A stretch of DNA of 64,000 nt from an uncultured Lachnospiraceae bacterium (GTDB lineage: Bacteria; Bacillota; Clostridia; Christensenellales; UBA1242), in contig CAZZGZ010000001.1 in assembly GCA_964653635.1 (NCBI GenBank), positions 9,986 through 73,985 of the forward strand. The letters are read 5' to 3'. Under the pieces are notes generated by a model. That model saw only the letters and a list, made by a program, of their open reading frames with translations, did no database searches and was not told the origin of the DNA. The translations under genes and the position numbers were made by a program. Position 1 is the stretch's first letter. The number at the start of each line of letters is the position of its first letter. Shown here piece by piece: positions 26,653 to 36,814 of the stretch.

Positions 26653-27943
26653 TATTAACTCCTCGAAATTTTTTTCTTATTAAATTTTTTTCCTTGCCAT
26701 TTTCACTTGGCGTATAATAAATATGATCTTTAATACTATCTGGTAAATATTGTTGTTGACAATATCCACCATATTTGTGCGGATATTTATACTCTCCATG
26801 CCCATCACTATTTGTTGATGGATGATTTTTTAGATGATTAGGCACATTATCATATCTAGTCTGTTCTGCATCCTTTTCAGCCATATCCATAGCCACTTTT
26901 ACAGAATTTGATTTTTCTGCTTCACAAATATATATTATAACATGTGAAAGATTAAGCATACATTCGGGATAACCCAAATTTTTCACTGAGATAAGAGCAC
27001 AAGTAGCAAGTAATAGTGCATTACTATCAGCCATACCGATATCCTCACTAGCATGAGCAATCATCCGCCTTGCTATGATTTGAGGATCTACTCCTGCTTT
27101 AATCATTCTCTGTGCATAATACAAAGCCGCTTCAGCATCAGAACCACGAAGACTTTTACAAAAAGCTGAAAGATAGTCATAGTATTCACTTATATCTAAA
27201 GACAATGGTTTTTTATTTAAACACTCACTAATCACCTCTTTGGTAATATACATCACCTTGTCATCTTTAAAAGGAGTTGAAGTTGAAGCTAACTCTAAAG
27301 CATTCAAGCAACATCTCGCATCACCATTACACGCAAATGCCAAATATTTTTTAGCTTCTTCATCCATGGATATTCTAAGCGTCCCAAGTCCATCATCCTT
27401 GTCATTTAAAGCTCTATCTATCACTTCTAGTATTTCACTTTCAGAAAGCCTTTTAAACTCAAAAATCGAACAACGTGACACTATCGCCCTCGTCATAGAT
27501 GTATACGGATTTTCTGTGGTAGAACCAATAAAGATTATGGAACCATCTTCAATAGCTTCAAGTACACAATCACTTTGAGCCTTATTCCATCTATGGCATT
27601 CGTCAAGAAGCAAATATGTATTTATACCAAGAAGGGATTTATCTTTTCGTGCAGTTTCTATGGCACTTTTTGCATCACCAACACCACTTGATACAGCATT
27701 CAACTTTACAATGTTAGCATTTAATTTTTTTGCAATTAATCTAGCAAGGGTAGTTTTGCCAGTCCCTGCTGGTCCATAAAATATACAGCTTCCAAGTCTT
27801 CCACTTGCAAGACATCGTGAAATAATCTTACCCTTACCAACTAAATGATTTTGTCCATAAAATTGTTCAAGGTTTTTAGGTCTCATTCGATCTGCCAAAG
27901 GCTGGTATACACAATCTTCCACTCTCGTATTATACAACTTCAC
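26633..27943 (-). CDS. rarA: Replication-associated recombination protein RarA/MgsA (AAA+ ATPase)
   Basis: 436-aa ORF with Walker A GPAGTGKTTLA, Walker B LLDECHRWNK, sensor STTENP, and a MgsA C-terminal region (YDYLSAFCKSLRGSD..ALYYAQRM). Confidence 0.9.
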   Translation of the reverse strand: MKLYNTRVEDCVYQPLADRMRPKNLEQFYGQNHLVGKGKIISRCLASGRLGSCIFYGPAGTGKTTLARLIAKKLNANIVKLNAVSSGVGDAKSAIETARKDKSLLGINTYLLLDECHRWNKAQSDCVLEAIEDGSIIFIGSTTENPYTSMTRAIVSRCSIFEFKRLSESEILEVIDRALNDKDDGLGTLRISMDEEAKKYLAFACNGDARCCLNALELASTSTPFKDDKVMYITKEVISECLNKKPLSLDISEYYDYLSAFCKSLRGSDAEAALYYAQRMIKAGVDPQIIARRMIAHASEDIGMADSNALLLATCALISVKNLGYPECMLNLSHVIIYICEAEKSNSVKVAMDMAEKDAEQTRYDNVPNHLKNHPSTNSDGHGEYKYPHKYGGYCQQQYLPDSIKDHIYYTPSENGKEKNLIRKKFRGVNNVWKKM

Positions 27944-29172
27944 GTTCCAAAAGACAAATAAATTTCTCCATTTTTTTTGAAAAGTTTCTCTGACACATAA
28001 GAGAGATTTTCATACTTGACACCACCTGCAATAATCTGAGGAGTATTCGACTTGAAAAATAGCACCTTTCTGTACTTACCATCCACATACACTTCAAGTG
28101 AGCGAACCTCAATGTCAACTGGTTTTGAAAAAACAAATAAACGACCTTGAACTTTCAAAAATTTTTCCCTTATTTTTAGATATTCATCCTCAGCATAGCT
28201 ATCACATGAGAATCTACTCCAAGCTAGATAAATTTTTTGGGGCAGTATCCTATTAAACCTATCATCGAGCTTATAATTTGAAGTTGATATTTTAAGATCA
28301 AAAAAACTACAAAGTTTCTCTTGTGATAATTCAAATATTTTGTTTATGTCAATATTTTTAATATTCAATTTCTTGTCAGAAAAATTAAAATAAAGAGTCT
28401 TATGTTCCTTAGGCTCTAAAATAATATTAGCCATTATATATATCCGAGCAAATCTAGAGTTTTCAAGCCCTTCAACACATGAAAATGATGTGTTTTTTAT
28501 CAAAGGAGAAAAATTCAAAAAGTATACAACATTTTTCGTCAAATTCTTAGCTTTAATGTAATTTTGTCCCTTTTCGAAAGTATAGTACCCCATCGGCAAA
28601 ATACGATTTATCTCTATTGGGATACTCACTCTTTCATTTTGCGGATTATTAAGTTTTATGATATGATTTACTCCACCACAAAAAAATTCTTTTGCGTTGT
28701 AGTAAACTCCTAAAATTTTTCCAAAATCTTCAAAAAATAGGCCTTTTGAAGAAAAATTTAAGGTTTTATGTCCAATTTTTTCAAAATTTTCATAAAATTC
28801 TCTTTTGTAATTCGTGGAACTAAAATAATTTATGTTGGCTTTATATATCTCAGAAATTAGTTTTACGCTAGCTGTCTCCTTATCCAAAAGCATAAGATTA
28901 TCTATGCTATATAAAGTTTTTGCATGAAATACATTTGCACTTTTCATATCCAAAATGAGGTTAAACTTGCATAATGAGAGAGCAAGCTTAAACGCCTTTA
29001 AAATATCTTTTGTTAATTGACGTTCAAAATAAAAAATGGGATATTCTATCTTGATACCCATCTTTTCTAGATAAGCATAATCTATTTCACTATTATAAAG
29101 TCTAGGTGCATGAAATTTAACTCTTGCCAAAATTATATTTTTTAAATTTTCTATTTTAACATTTTGTCTCAT
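27940..29172 (-). CDS. Hypothetical protein (410 aa), translationally coupled to rarA
   Basis: Long ORF with no motif I can assign confidently. Its stop overlaps the rarA start (ATGA). Confidence 0.5.
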   Translation of the reverse strand: MRQNVKIENLKNIILARVKFHAPRLYNSEIDYAYLEKMGIKIEYPIFYFERQLTKDILKAFKLALSLCKFNLILDMKSANVFHAKTLYSIDNLMLLDKETASVKLISEIYKANINYFSSTNYKREFYENFEKIGHKTLNFSSKGLFFEDFGKILGVYYNAKEFFCGGVNHIIKLNNPQNERVSIPIEINRILPMGYYTFEKGQNYIKAKNLTKNVVYFLNFSPLIKNTSFSCVEGLENSRFARIYIMANIILEPKEHKTLYFNFSDKKLNIKNIDINKIFELSQEKLCSFFDLKISTSNYKLDDRFNRILPQKIYLAWSRFSCDSYAEDEYLKIREKFLKVQGRLFVFSKPVDIEVRSLEVYVDGKYRKVLFFKSNTPQIIAGGVKYENLSYVSEKLFKKNGEIYLSFGT

Positions 29173-29232
29173 GTAGAATTTTTGACTTAAAACAAAAAAG
29201 TAAAACTTTTTGTTAAAAATGCTAACAAAATT

Positions 29233-29252
29233 AAAAAAACGGCTTTACGCCG
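29233..29252 (-). terminator. Short terminator after rnpB
   Basis: On the minus strand: CGGC-guaaa-GCCG followed by U7. Confidence 0.5.
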
Positions 29253-29254
29253 AA

Positions 29255-29601
29255 TTATCAGCTAGTCTATAAGCCGAGTTCTGTATTAGATAATCATCTA
29301 TCTAGAACTATCGTTGCCGATAGTTTCAAGCGACATTTTTAAAAGTGTGTGAGAACACATAACCACTTTTTTAGCCTTGCATCAGGTGGGGTTTACAGAG
29401 CCATCGAAGTCACCTTCTCTGCGGTGGTCTCTTACACCACCTTTCCATCCTTACCACCAATAAATGATGGCGGTTTATTTCTGTTGCACTATCCTTAAAG
29501 TCACCTTCACTTGCCGTTAGCAAGCACCTTGTTCTCATGATGCCCGGACTTTCCTCACGATACTCCTTACAAGTATCCTGCGATTATCTGACTAACTGAT
29601 A
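29255..29601 (-). ncRNA. rnpB: RNase P RNA (bacterial; Firmicute type-B-like)
   Basis: The minus strand contains GAGGAAAGTCCGGGC (29543-29557), GGTAAGGATGGAAAGGTGGTGTAAGAGACCACC, ACAGAACTCGGCTTATAG, and TAGATAGATGATTATC (compare the B. subtilis type-B GUAGAUAGAUGAUUGCC). P1 pairs ATCAGTTAGTC (5') with GACTAGCTGAT (3'). Confidence 0.9.
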
Positions 29602-29606
29602 TTCGT

Positions 29607-29635
29607 ATTTTATCATAAATATTTTTATTTGTCAA
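29607..29635 (-). promoter_or_regulatory. Promoter of rnpB
   Basis: On the minus strand: TTGACA (29635-29630), a 17-nt spacer, TAAAAT (29612-29607). The predicted start at about 29600 coincides with the 5' strand of P1. Confidence 0.65.
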
Positions 29636-29883
29636 CCTTGTGAAAAAGTTTTAAATTTTCATTGATTATCGCTGTTTACTACTTTCAATTTTTTTCTTCA
29701 AATCCTCCCCTTAACCTAATTAACTTTAAAACTTCCAAGATTAATACTTAAAAACTAAGCCCTTAAATTGATAGTTTAAACATATCTTACTAAAAAAATA
29801 TATTGTTGCTTATCCAAATAATTGCTATATTCTCAAATATATTAATTTATGTTGTATATATTATTTGCATAATACCACTATAT

Positions 29884-30615
29884 CTAGTACATAACATGTG
29901 CCAAATATAAACCAGATGCACTAGCTGTTTTGCCTAAAATGTTTCTCTGAAAATTTTTGTATGCCTTGTCTATGCAAGATATATCTAACTTACCCCTTGC
30001 AATATCAAGACATGTACCCACCATTATACGTACCATATTATATAAAAATCCATTTCCTGTAAATTCAAGCACAAAGCCATCCTTATCTTTTATATACCTT
30101 GCGGAATAAATCTCCCTTTCAAAATTTTTTGTATTAGTACCGCTTGTACAAAATGCCTTAAAGTTATGTACTCCACAAAGTTTCTTTAATGCCCTTTTTA
30201 AAAGCTTAACATCATACTTATAAGGGAAATACAACGCAAAATCATAATCAAATACAGAAAAATTTTTCGTCTTAACTTTGTATAAATATGTCTTTTTTTT
30301 AACAGAGAACCTTGCATGAAAATTTTTTGAGACTTCTTTTACAGAAAGTACACGAATATTTTTGTCAAGGCAATCAGTTAATGCTAGCACCATTTTTTCA
30401 CAAGGAATATTTGAACTTGTATCTATGTGGACCACTTGACCTAATGCGTGTACGCCTTTATCCGTTCTACCGCTTGCAAAGACCTCTACATTTTCATGTA
30501 GAAGAAATCCTAAAGCACGCTCCAATTCTCCTTGAACAGTAAATAAACTTTCTTGCCTTGCAAAACCATGAAATTTCGCACCATTATATTCAATTATTAA
30601 CTTTAATCTTCTCAT
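29884..30615 (-). CDS. truA: tRNA pseudouridine(38-40) synthase TruA
   Basis: 243-aa ORF with IEYNGAKFHGFARQ and the catalytic motif GRTDKGVHALGQVVH. Confidence 0.9.
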   Translation of the reverse strand: MRRLKLIIEYNGAKFHGFARQESLFTVQGELERALGFLLHENVEVFASGRTDKGVHALGQVVHIDTSSNIPCEKMVLALTDCLDKNIRVLSVKEVSKNFHARFSVKKKTYLYKVKTKNFSVFDYDFALYFPYKYDVKLLKRALKKLCGVHNFKAFCTSGTNTKNFEREIYSARYIKDKDGFVLEFTGNGFLYNMVRIMVGTCLDIARGKLDISCIDKAYKNFQRNILGKTASASGLYLAHVMY

Positions 30616-30714
30616 TCACATATTATACAAGCTTTTATCATTATTTGCAAATAAAACCTCTAATTTGCTTTTGTTTTTTTCTCTAATGTGTTAAAATACA
30701 CAAAAGGAAATTTT

Positions 30715-33700
30715 ATGAAAATAAAAACAGTTGATGGAAATACAGCAGTTAGTTACGTAGCTTATAAACTTAGTGAAGTTATACCAATTTATCCGATTAC
30801 TCCCTCCTCACCAATGGCAGAATATGCTGATAGTTTGAAAGTTTTAAATGTGACAAACATTTTTGGTACGATGCCAACTTTAATAGAAATGCAATCTGAA
30901 GCTGGCGTAATTGGGACTTTAGCTGGTGCTTTAAATGCTGGTGCTTTATCATGCACATTTACAAGTTCACAGGGACTACTTTTAATGATTCCAAACATGT
31001 ACAAAATTGCAGGTAACCTGCTCCCTGCGGTAATTCATGTTGCCTCTAGGGCAGTGGCCTCACATGCACTTTCTATTTTTGGTGATCATCAAGATGTCAT
31101 GGCAACAAGACAAACTGGCTTTATCTTAATATCCTCGTCATCAGTACAAGAAGCACAAGATTATGCAATGATTTCACATATGGTAGCAATCAAATGTAGT
31201 CTACCTGTTCTTCATTTTTTCGATGGATTTAGAACATCACACGAAATACAAAAAATCGAAGGACTTGAAGAAAGCGAAATAAATGCACTCTATCCTAAAC
31301 ATTTAGTAAAAGACTTTAAAGCTAATGCTCTCTCTCATACATCTCCTTATCAAAGTGGGACTGCACAAAACCCTGATGTTTATTTTCAAAATAGAGAAGC
31401 TGTAAATAGTAGGTATACAAGTGTTTTGAAATATTTTAAGCAATCAGCTGATGAATTTGAAAAAGTAACAAATCGCAAAGTTGCTCCATTTTCTTACTTT
31501 GGTTCAAAAAAAGCAAAAAACATAATTGTTGCTATGGGAAGTGCATGTAAATGCCTTGAAGAAAATATTGACGAAACCACTGGAGTTATAAGTGTTCATC
31601 TTTATCGTCCTTTTTTCAGCGAAGAATTTTTAAACATTTTGCCTGAAACTGCTTTAAAAATAATAGTTTTAGATAGGACTAAAGAATGTGGGGCAGAAGC
31701 ACCACTTTGTCTTGATATTAAATCGACAATTTTTAATGCAAATAAAAACATTCAAGTTGTCGGTGGTAGATATGGTCTTGGCGGTAAGGATTTCACTCCC
31801 GCTTGTGCAAGGGCAGTAATTAAAAATTTCGACGATATGAAAGATAATTTCTCTGTAGGAATTATTGATGACAAGTCCAACCTCTCACTAAAACTATCTA
31901 GCGAAGTTCCTTCATCTGCATTTGAGATAAAACTATTTGGATTAGGTTCAGACGGAAATGTTTCAGCAAGCAAGAGTACAATAAAAATAATAGCTGAACT
32001 ATCATCCAAATATGTTCAAGGCTATTTTGAATATGATAGCAAAAAATCTGGCAGTCTAACCATTTCTCACCTAAGAATTGATGACCATGAAATAAAATCT
32101 TCATACCTTTTAAATTCAGCAAATGTTATAGTTATTAATAATTTTTCTTTTATCTCAAAATATGACTGCCTTAAAGGATTGAAAGAAAATGGCATCGTTA
32201 TAATAAACTCAATCTTTTCTAGTGAAGAAATTGATAAAGTACTACCTGACGAATACAAAAAAGCATTAAAAGAAAAAAAAGCTAAACTATACCTTATCAA
32301 CGCTTCAAATATTGCAAATGAAAATGGGCTTAATGGCAAGATTAACATAATAATGCAGACAGCCTTGTTTAGCACACTCTCACAATTTGATAAAGAGATT
32401 GCATATTCTCTAATTGAGAAAGACATAAAAAACACTTTTTCTAAAAAGGGACAAGATATTGTCAACAAAAATCTGAAAGCCTTTGAGCAGTCTAAAAGTG
32501 CATTGCAAATTGTAAATATTAATTTATTACACGAAAAAAATATAAAAAATAACTCAAAAAATGATAAAATAACTCAAAATTATTCAAATTTTGGTGATAT
32601 AATAAAAAGTATTCAGAATTTGGAAGGAAATTCAATCCCCGTCTCTGCTTTTAATGAGAAAGGGAAAGTGCCTAATGGTACTTCACTCTTTAGTGCCACT
32701 TCTTATGCAGAACAATTACCAAATTATATACCTCAAAATTGTATTGAATGCGGATTTTGTTCAATCGCCTGCCCACATAATGCTATAAAAGCCATGCTCG
32801 TCAAAAAAAGTGATGTAAAGGAAGAGGATATGAAATATTTTAAACCCGCATTGACCAAACCTGACCTTTTATTTAGAATTTTAATTAACCCAAAAGTATG
32901 CACCGGATGTGGTGTTTGTGCTAACACTTGTATTGCAAAAGATAAAGCACTTGCCATGACACTTGTAGCAAAGCAAGAAAATAACAAATCACATCTTGAA
33001 AAATTACAAGAAATTTTTGATAGAGTTTCATCCTATAAAAATGTTTCAAATCCATATCCTAAACAATTACCAAAAGGTATGCAATTTGAACCATGTTATT
33101 TCCAAGCTCCTGGTGCTTGTGCTGGTTGTGGCGAAACACCTTATATTAAACTAATAACTCAAATATTTGGAGGAAAAATCCAAATTGCAAATGCAACCGG
33201 TTGTTCAAGCATATATTCTGGCTCGTTTCCAAATTGTCCTTATTTGGTTAATGAAAATGGTGAAGGACCAGCATGGACTAATTCATTATTTGAGGATAAT
33301 GCAGAGTTTGGCTTAGGGCTTGCACTAGGTAATAAGTATAACAACGTTAAAGAAAACACCGTGATTATTGGTGGTGATGGTTGGGCATATGACATTGGAT
33401 ATGGCGGACTTGACCATGTGCTTTACTCAGGCGAAAAACTTACCATACTTGTACTTGATAGTGAAGTTTACTCAAATACAGGTGGGCAATCCTCGAAATC
33501 AACTCCAACAGGCACAATAGCTAAATTTGCAGGAAGTGGTAAAGAAACTGCAAAAAAGAACCTTGCTCTTTCTATTCTTCAAAGTCACCGCAATGTTTTT
33601 GTAGCTAGTGTTGCCCTCGGGGCTGATTTTGCTGGTACAATAAAAGTTTTTGAACAAGCAAAAGATTTTGATGGTGTTAGCATCATCTTTGCTTATTCTC

Positions 33701-33981
33701 CTTGCGTAAACCACGGATTTGATATGAGTACAACTATGCAAGAAGAAAAAAAAGCAGTGGAATGCGGATTTTATAATACATTTATGTACAATCCATCAAC
33801 AAAAGAATACAAATACAATAAGAATGTCGATTTTTCTAAGTTTAGAAAATTTCTTCTTGGTGAAAGACGTTTCTCTGCTCTATATGAAAAAGATAGAGAC
33901 AGGGCAGAAAAATTATTCGAAATATGTGAGGAAAATGCACGCTTCGTATACAACTCTCTCGCAAAATTTACCATAGACTAA
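30715..33981 (+). CDS. nifJ: Pyruvate:ferredoxin (flavodoxin) oxidoreductase, single-polypeptide PFOR
   Basis: The start is trimmed to ATG 30715 (SD aaaagga). MKIKTVDGNTAVSYVAYKLSEV..PITPSS, two ferredoxin-type clusters CIECGFCSIACPHNAI and CTGCGVCANTCIAK, and the TPP motif GGDGWAYDIGYGGLDHVL are present. Confidence 0.9.
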   Translation: MKIKTVDGNTAVSYVAYKLSEVIPIYPITPSSPMAEYADSLKVLNVTNIFGTMPTLIEMQSEAGVIGTLAGALNAGALSCTFTSSQGLLLMIPNMYKIAGNLLPAVIHVASRAVASHALSIFGDHQDVMATRQTGFILISSSSVQEAQDYAMISHMVAIKCSLPVLHFFDGFRTSHEIQKIEGLEESEINALYPKHLVKDFKANALSHTSPYQSGTAQNPDVYFQNREAVNSRYTSVLKYFKQSADEFEKVTNRKVAPFSYFGSKKAKNIIVAMGSACKCLEENIDETTGVISVHLYRPFFSEEFLNILPETALKIIVLDRTKECGAEAPLCLDIKSTIFNANKNIQVVGGRYGLGGKDFTPACARAVIKNFDDMKDNFSVGIIDDKSNLSLKLSSEVPSSAFEIKLFGLGSDGNVSASKSTIKIIAELSSKYVQGYFEYDSKKSGSLTISHLRIDDHEIKSSYLLNSANVIVINNFSFISKYDCLKGLKENGIVIINSIFSSEEIDKVLPDEYKKALKEKKAKLYLINASNIANENGLNGKINIIMQTALFSTLSQFDKEIAYSLIEKDIKNTFSKKGQDIVNKNLKAFEQSKSALQIVNINLLHEKNIKNNSKNDKITQNYSNFGDIIKSIQNLEGNSIPVSAFNEKGKVPNGTSLFSATSYAEQLPNYIPQNCIECGFCSIACPHNAIKAMLVKKSDVKEEDMKYFKPALTKPDLLFRILINPKVCTGCGVCANTCIAKDKALAMTLVAKQENNKSHLEKLQEIFDRVSSYKNVSNPYPKQLPKGMQFEPCYFQAPGACAGCGETPYIKLITQIFGGKIQIANATGCSSIYSGSFPNCPYLVNENGEGPAWTNSLFEDNAEFGLGLALGNKYNNVKENTVIIGGDGWAYDIGYGGLDHVLYSGEKLTILVLDSEVYSNTGGQSSKSTPTGTIAKFAGSGKETAKKNLALSILQSHRNVFVASVALGADFAGTIKVFEQAKDFDGVSIIFAYSPCVNHGFDMSTTMQEEKKAVECGFYNTFMYNPSTKEYKYNKNVDFSKFRKFLLGERRFSALYEKDRDRAEKLFEICEENARFVYNSLAKFTID

Positions 33982-34142
33982 ATTCAACAACTAAAAAATC
34001 ATTCATCTGTAAATGTTATTGCTTAAATGACTTGAGTTATATTTGCTAAAATCAAAATTTTTAAACTAATAAATTAGCATACCCCCTTACTTTATAGTGA
34101 GAGAGTTTTATGAGCCGTATAAATATTTTTAATACTTTATTT

Positions 34143-34490
34143 CTAGTATATTTGACATACAGCAATAACTAAATCATCTGTATGAGAGACTGAAATATCT
34201 AATGTACTACACCCTAAACTTTTAAATTTATCTTTTGCTTTACCTATAAGTTTTATATATGGTCTGCCTGTTGATTTATGATTATACTCAATTTCTTTAA
34301 AAACTGGAAGAGAAAACTCCATATCAAGTGCCTTAAAAACACTTTCTTTAATCGCCCAAAGTGTTCCCACTCTTTTTTTTAGGTTCCCTGTAAAATTTGC
34401 CCAAACAATTTCATGTTCTGTTGCAATTTTACTTAAAAGTCTCTCAGGGGCTTTAATTTTTGCGATATTTTGTATGTCACATCCTATCAT
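34143..34490 (-). CDS. acpS: Holo-[acyl-carrier-protein] synthase
   Basis: The start is at ATG 34490 (SD GGAGGAGGA), sharing one base with the recX stop (TAATG). MIGCDIQNI.. and WAIKESVFKAL match the AcpS pattern. Confidence 0.8.
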   Translation of the reverse strand: MIGCDIQNIAKIKAPERLLSKIATEHEIVWANFTGNLKKRVGTLWAIKESVFKALDMEFSLPVFKEIEYNHKSTGRPYIKLIGKAKDKFKSLGCSTLDISVSHTDDLVIAVCQIY

Positions 34491-35101
34491 TATTCCTCCT
34501 CCCAATGTAAATTAACAATTTTTTTACACAAATCAATATCATATCCTTTAGAGTAAAGATATGCGATAGTCTTTTGCTTATTATTCTTATTTTTTTCTTT
34601 ATTTCTTATGTATTTGAAGTAGAGTTTTTCACATTTTTCATACTCATCATCCACCGAGAGACTTTCAACTACCTCATCTATTATATCACTATCTACCCCC
34701 TCTGCTTTAAGTTTTAACTTTATCACAGCCTTTCCATACTTTCCCTTATTATAGGCTAAAAAGTTTTCTGCAAATGCTTTATCGTTAATATATCCATATT
34801 CATTCAACTTTTTTACTGCATGAGATATACTTGCATTATCAAACCCCTTTTCTTTAAGATAACGTTTTATTCCACGTTCACTTTTTGCAATTTTAGAAAG
34901 ATATGCAATAGCAGTGTCAAACGCTAAAATCTTGCCATTCTCTTCTTTAAGCATTGCAAGTTCTTGTTCTGAAACTTCTTGTCCTGTTTTTAATCCACTT
35001 TCTGCAAGCACAATATCTGCAAAAACGCCTTGTTTCTGCTCATCTACATAAAGATAATACTTTCTACCTTTACCTATTTTTTTTATTTCCGTTATAATCA
35101 T
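34490..35101 (-). CDS. recX: Recombination regulator RecX
   Basis: 203-aa ORF with repeated three-helix modules (..AIAYLSKIAKSERGIKRYLKEKGFD..AVKKLNEYGYINDKAFAENF..KLKAEGVDSDII). Confidence 0.7.
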   Translation of the reverse strand: MIITEIKKIGKGRKYYLYVDEQKQGVFADIVLAESGLKTGQEVSEQELAMLKEENGKILAFDTAIAYLSKIAKSERGIKRYLKEKGFDNASISHAVKKLNEYGYINDKAFAENFLAYNKGKYGKAVIKLKLKAEGVDSDIIDEVVESLSVDDEYEKCEKLYFKYIRNKEKNKNNKQKTIAYLYSKGYDIDLCKKIVNLHWEEE

Positions 35102-35472
35102 GAAGTCTCCTTGAATAATTCGCTTGTTGTTTTTGTATATATTCTAACCAATCCACCAGCACCAAGTTTTACACCGCCAAAGTATCTAACGATAAAGACA
35201 CAAACATCTTTTCTGCCCTGTTTTTGTATTACATTTAAAATAGGTCTCCCCGCAGTTCCACTCGGTTCTCCATCATCGCAGGCTTTCTCTATAAATGGTG
35301 ATTTTAGAGAATAAGCATAGCATATATGAGTAGCTTTTTTATGCTCTGTTTTAAGGTATGCAAGTGCGGAATTAATTTCCTGCACACTACTACAATTAAG
35401 TAAAAAGCCCAAGAATTTGGACTTTTTCTCTTGTATAAAAACTTCTCTTGCAAAATTAATCACAAAGAACAA
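35098..35472 (-). CDS. IMPACT/YigZ-family (UPF0029) N-domain-only protein
   Basis: 124-aa ORF with KKSKFLGFL..HKKATHICYAY..DDGEPSGTAGRPIL..VRYFGGVKLGAGGLVRIY. It lacks the C-terminal DUF1949-like half of full-length YigZ. Confidence 0.7.
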   Translation of the reverse strand: MFFVINFAREVFIQEKKSKFLGFLLNCSSVQEINSALAYLKTEHKKATHICYAYSLKSPFIEKACDDGEPSGTAGRPILNVIQKQGRKDVCVFIVRYFGGVKLGAGGLVRIYTKTTSELFKETS

Positions 35473-36697
35473 CCTTTATATAATTTTTCTTCCCTCTTTT
35501 CAAGAGTAAAGAGCCATCCTTGAAATTATTTTCATTAACCATTAGATTATAGTTACAAATCTTTTCGCCATCACAAGCTACAGCTCCACTTTCAATCATT
35601 CGCCTTGCCTCACTTCTTGAAGTTGTAAGTTTGCAATCTGTTAAAAGCTCACATATTGAAATTGGAAGGTTGCAACGATTTAAAGAATAAGTAGGAGCAT
35701 TATCCCCGCCACTAAATAGGTTCAATGCCATCTCCATGGCCATCTTTGCTTCACTCTCTCCATGTACTAACTTAGTAATTTCAAAAGCCATTCGTCTTTT
35801 TGCTGAAATGATATCACCATCCACAAGAGCTTTTATTTCATTAAGTGGTATGCGGGTAAATAACCTTAAAAGAGTTTCTACATCTTTGTCTTGCACATTA
35901 TAAAAATATTGATAAAAATCATATACTGATGTTTTTTCTCTAGCTACCCATAAAGCACCTTTGGCAGTTTTCCCCATCTTTTGTCCTTCTGAATTAGTCA
36001 AAAGAGGGCATGTCAAACATTCTAAATCATGCTCTTTACCATCTGCAAATGACATCTTACGACCAAGTTCGGTGCCAGCAGTCATATTGCCCCATTGATC
36101 TGAGCCACCAATTTGAAGGGTACATCCATATTTTTTATTCAAATAAACAAAGTCATATGCCTGCATTAGCATATACCCCATTTCTAAAAATGTCAGTCCA
36201 CCTTCTGCAAGCCGTCTAGCATACGCATCGTTTGACAACATTTTATTCACGTTAAAATAAGTACCTACATCTCTCATAAAGTTCACATAACTGTAATCTT
36301 TAAACCAATCCGCATTGTTAACAATTATTGCTGGATTTTCACCATCAGTACGCACAAACTTCTCAACAAGCGTTTTAACTTCATTGAAATTATGTTCGAC
36401 CTGCTCAGAAGTTAGCATTTTACGCATATCAGTCCTTCCACTAGGATCCCCCACCATCGCAGTGGCTCCTCCTATTAAAACTATGACTTTATGCCCTGCA
36501 TCTTGAAAATACCTGATCATCATTAAAGAGAAAAAATGTCCGATATGCAAACTATCTGCAGTTGGATCAATACCAACATAAACTGTCGTTGTAGCACTAT
36601 CAACTAACTTTCTAACATTTTCTTCATTTGACATCTGATAAACATATCCCCGTTCTTTCAAGGTATCAAAAAGATGTCCACGTAATTCTAAACTCAT
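35456..36697 (-). CDS. tyrS: Tyrosine--tRNA ligase
   Basis: It has the HIGH motif (HIGHFFSL), the KMSKS-type KMGKT, and a C-terminal S4-like domain. The start was chosen at ATG 36697 (SD GGAG, 6 nt); an upstream in-frame ATG at 36709 has no SD. Confidence 0.9.
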   Translation of the reverse strand: MSLELRGHLFDTLKERGYVYQMSNEENVRKLVDSATTTVYVGIDPTADSLHIGHFFSLMMIRYFQDAGHKVIVLIGGATAMVGDPSGRTDMRKMLTSEQVEHNFNEVKTLVEKFVRTDGENPAIIVNNADWFKDYSYVNFMRDVGTYFNVNKMLSNDAYARRLAEGGLTFLEMGYMLMQAYDFVYLNKKYGCTLQIGGSDQWGNMTAGTELGRKMSFADGKEHDLECLTCPLLTNSEGQKMGKTAKGALWVAREKTSVYDFYQYFYNVQDKDVETLLRLFTRIPLNEIKALVDGDIISAKRRMAFEITKLVHGESEAKMAMEMALNLFSGGDNAPTYSLNRCNLPISICELLTDCKLTTSRSEARRMIESGAVACDGEKICNYNLMVNENNFKDGSLLLKRGKKNYIKVVLCD

Positions 36698-36814
36698 GTT
36701 TTTCTCCATAATAAATAATAAACTATTTTTTAGTGAATTTCAAAATACCGATATTTAGCAATAAAAATTTTATAAAAAATCACAATGTTGAAAATTTCAC
36801 ACTTAAACTTTTAA

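Noticed and set aside
27930-28136. Same-strand overlapping small ORFs in alternative frames of larger genes (also 44405..44590, 53943..54131, 58305..58529 and 5044..5268)
   Set aside because: All are embedded in, or overlap, well-supported CDSs or promoter regions. None has independent signals.
30688-30714. GTG start for PFOR at 30688
   Set aside because: The ATG at 30715 is preceded by an SD-like aaaagga and gives the canonical MKIKTVDGN.. N-terminus. The extension adds nine non-conserved-looking residues.
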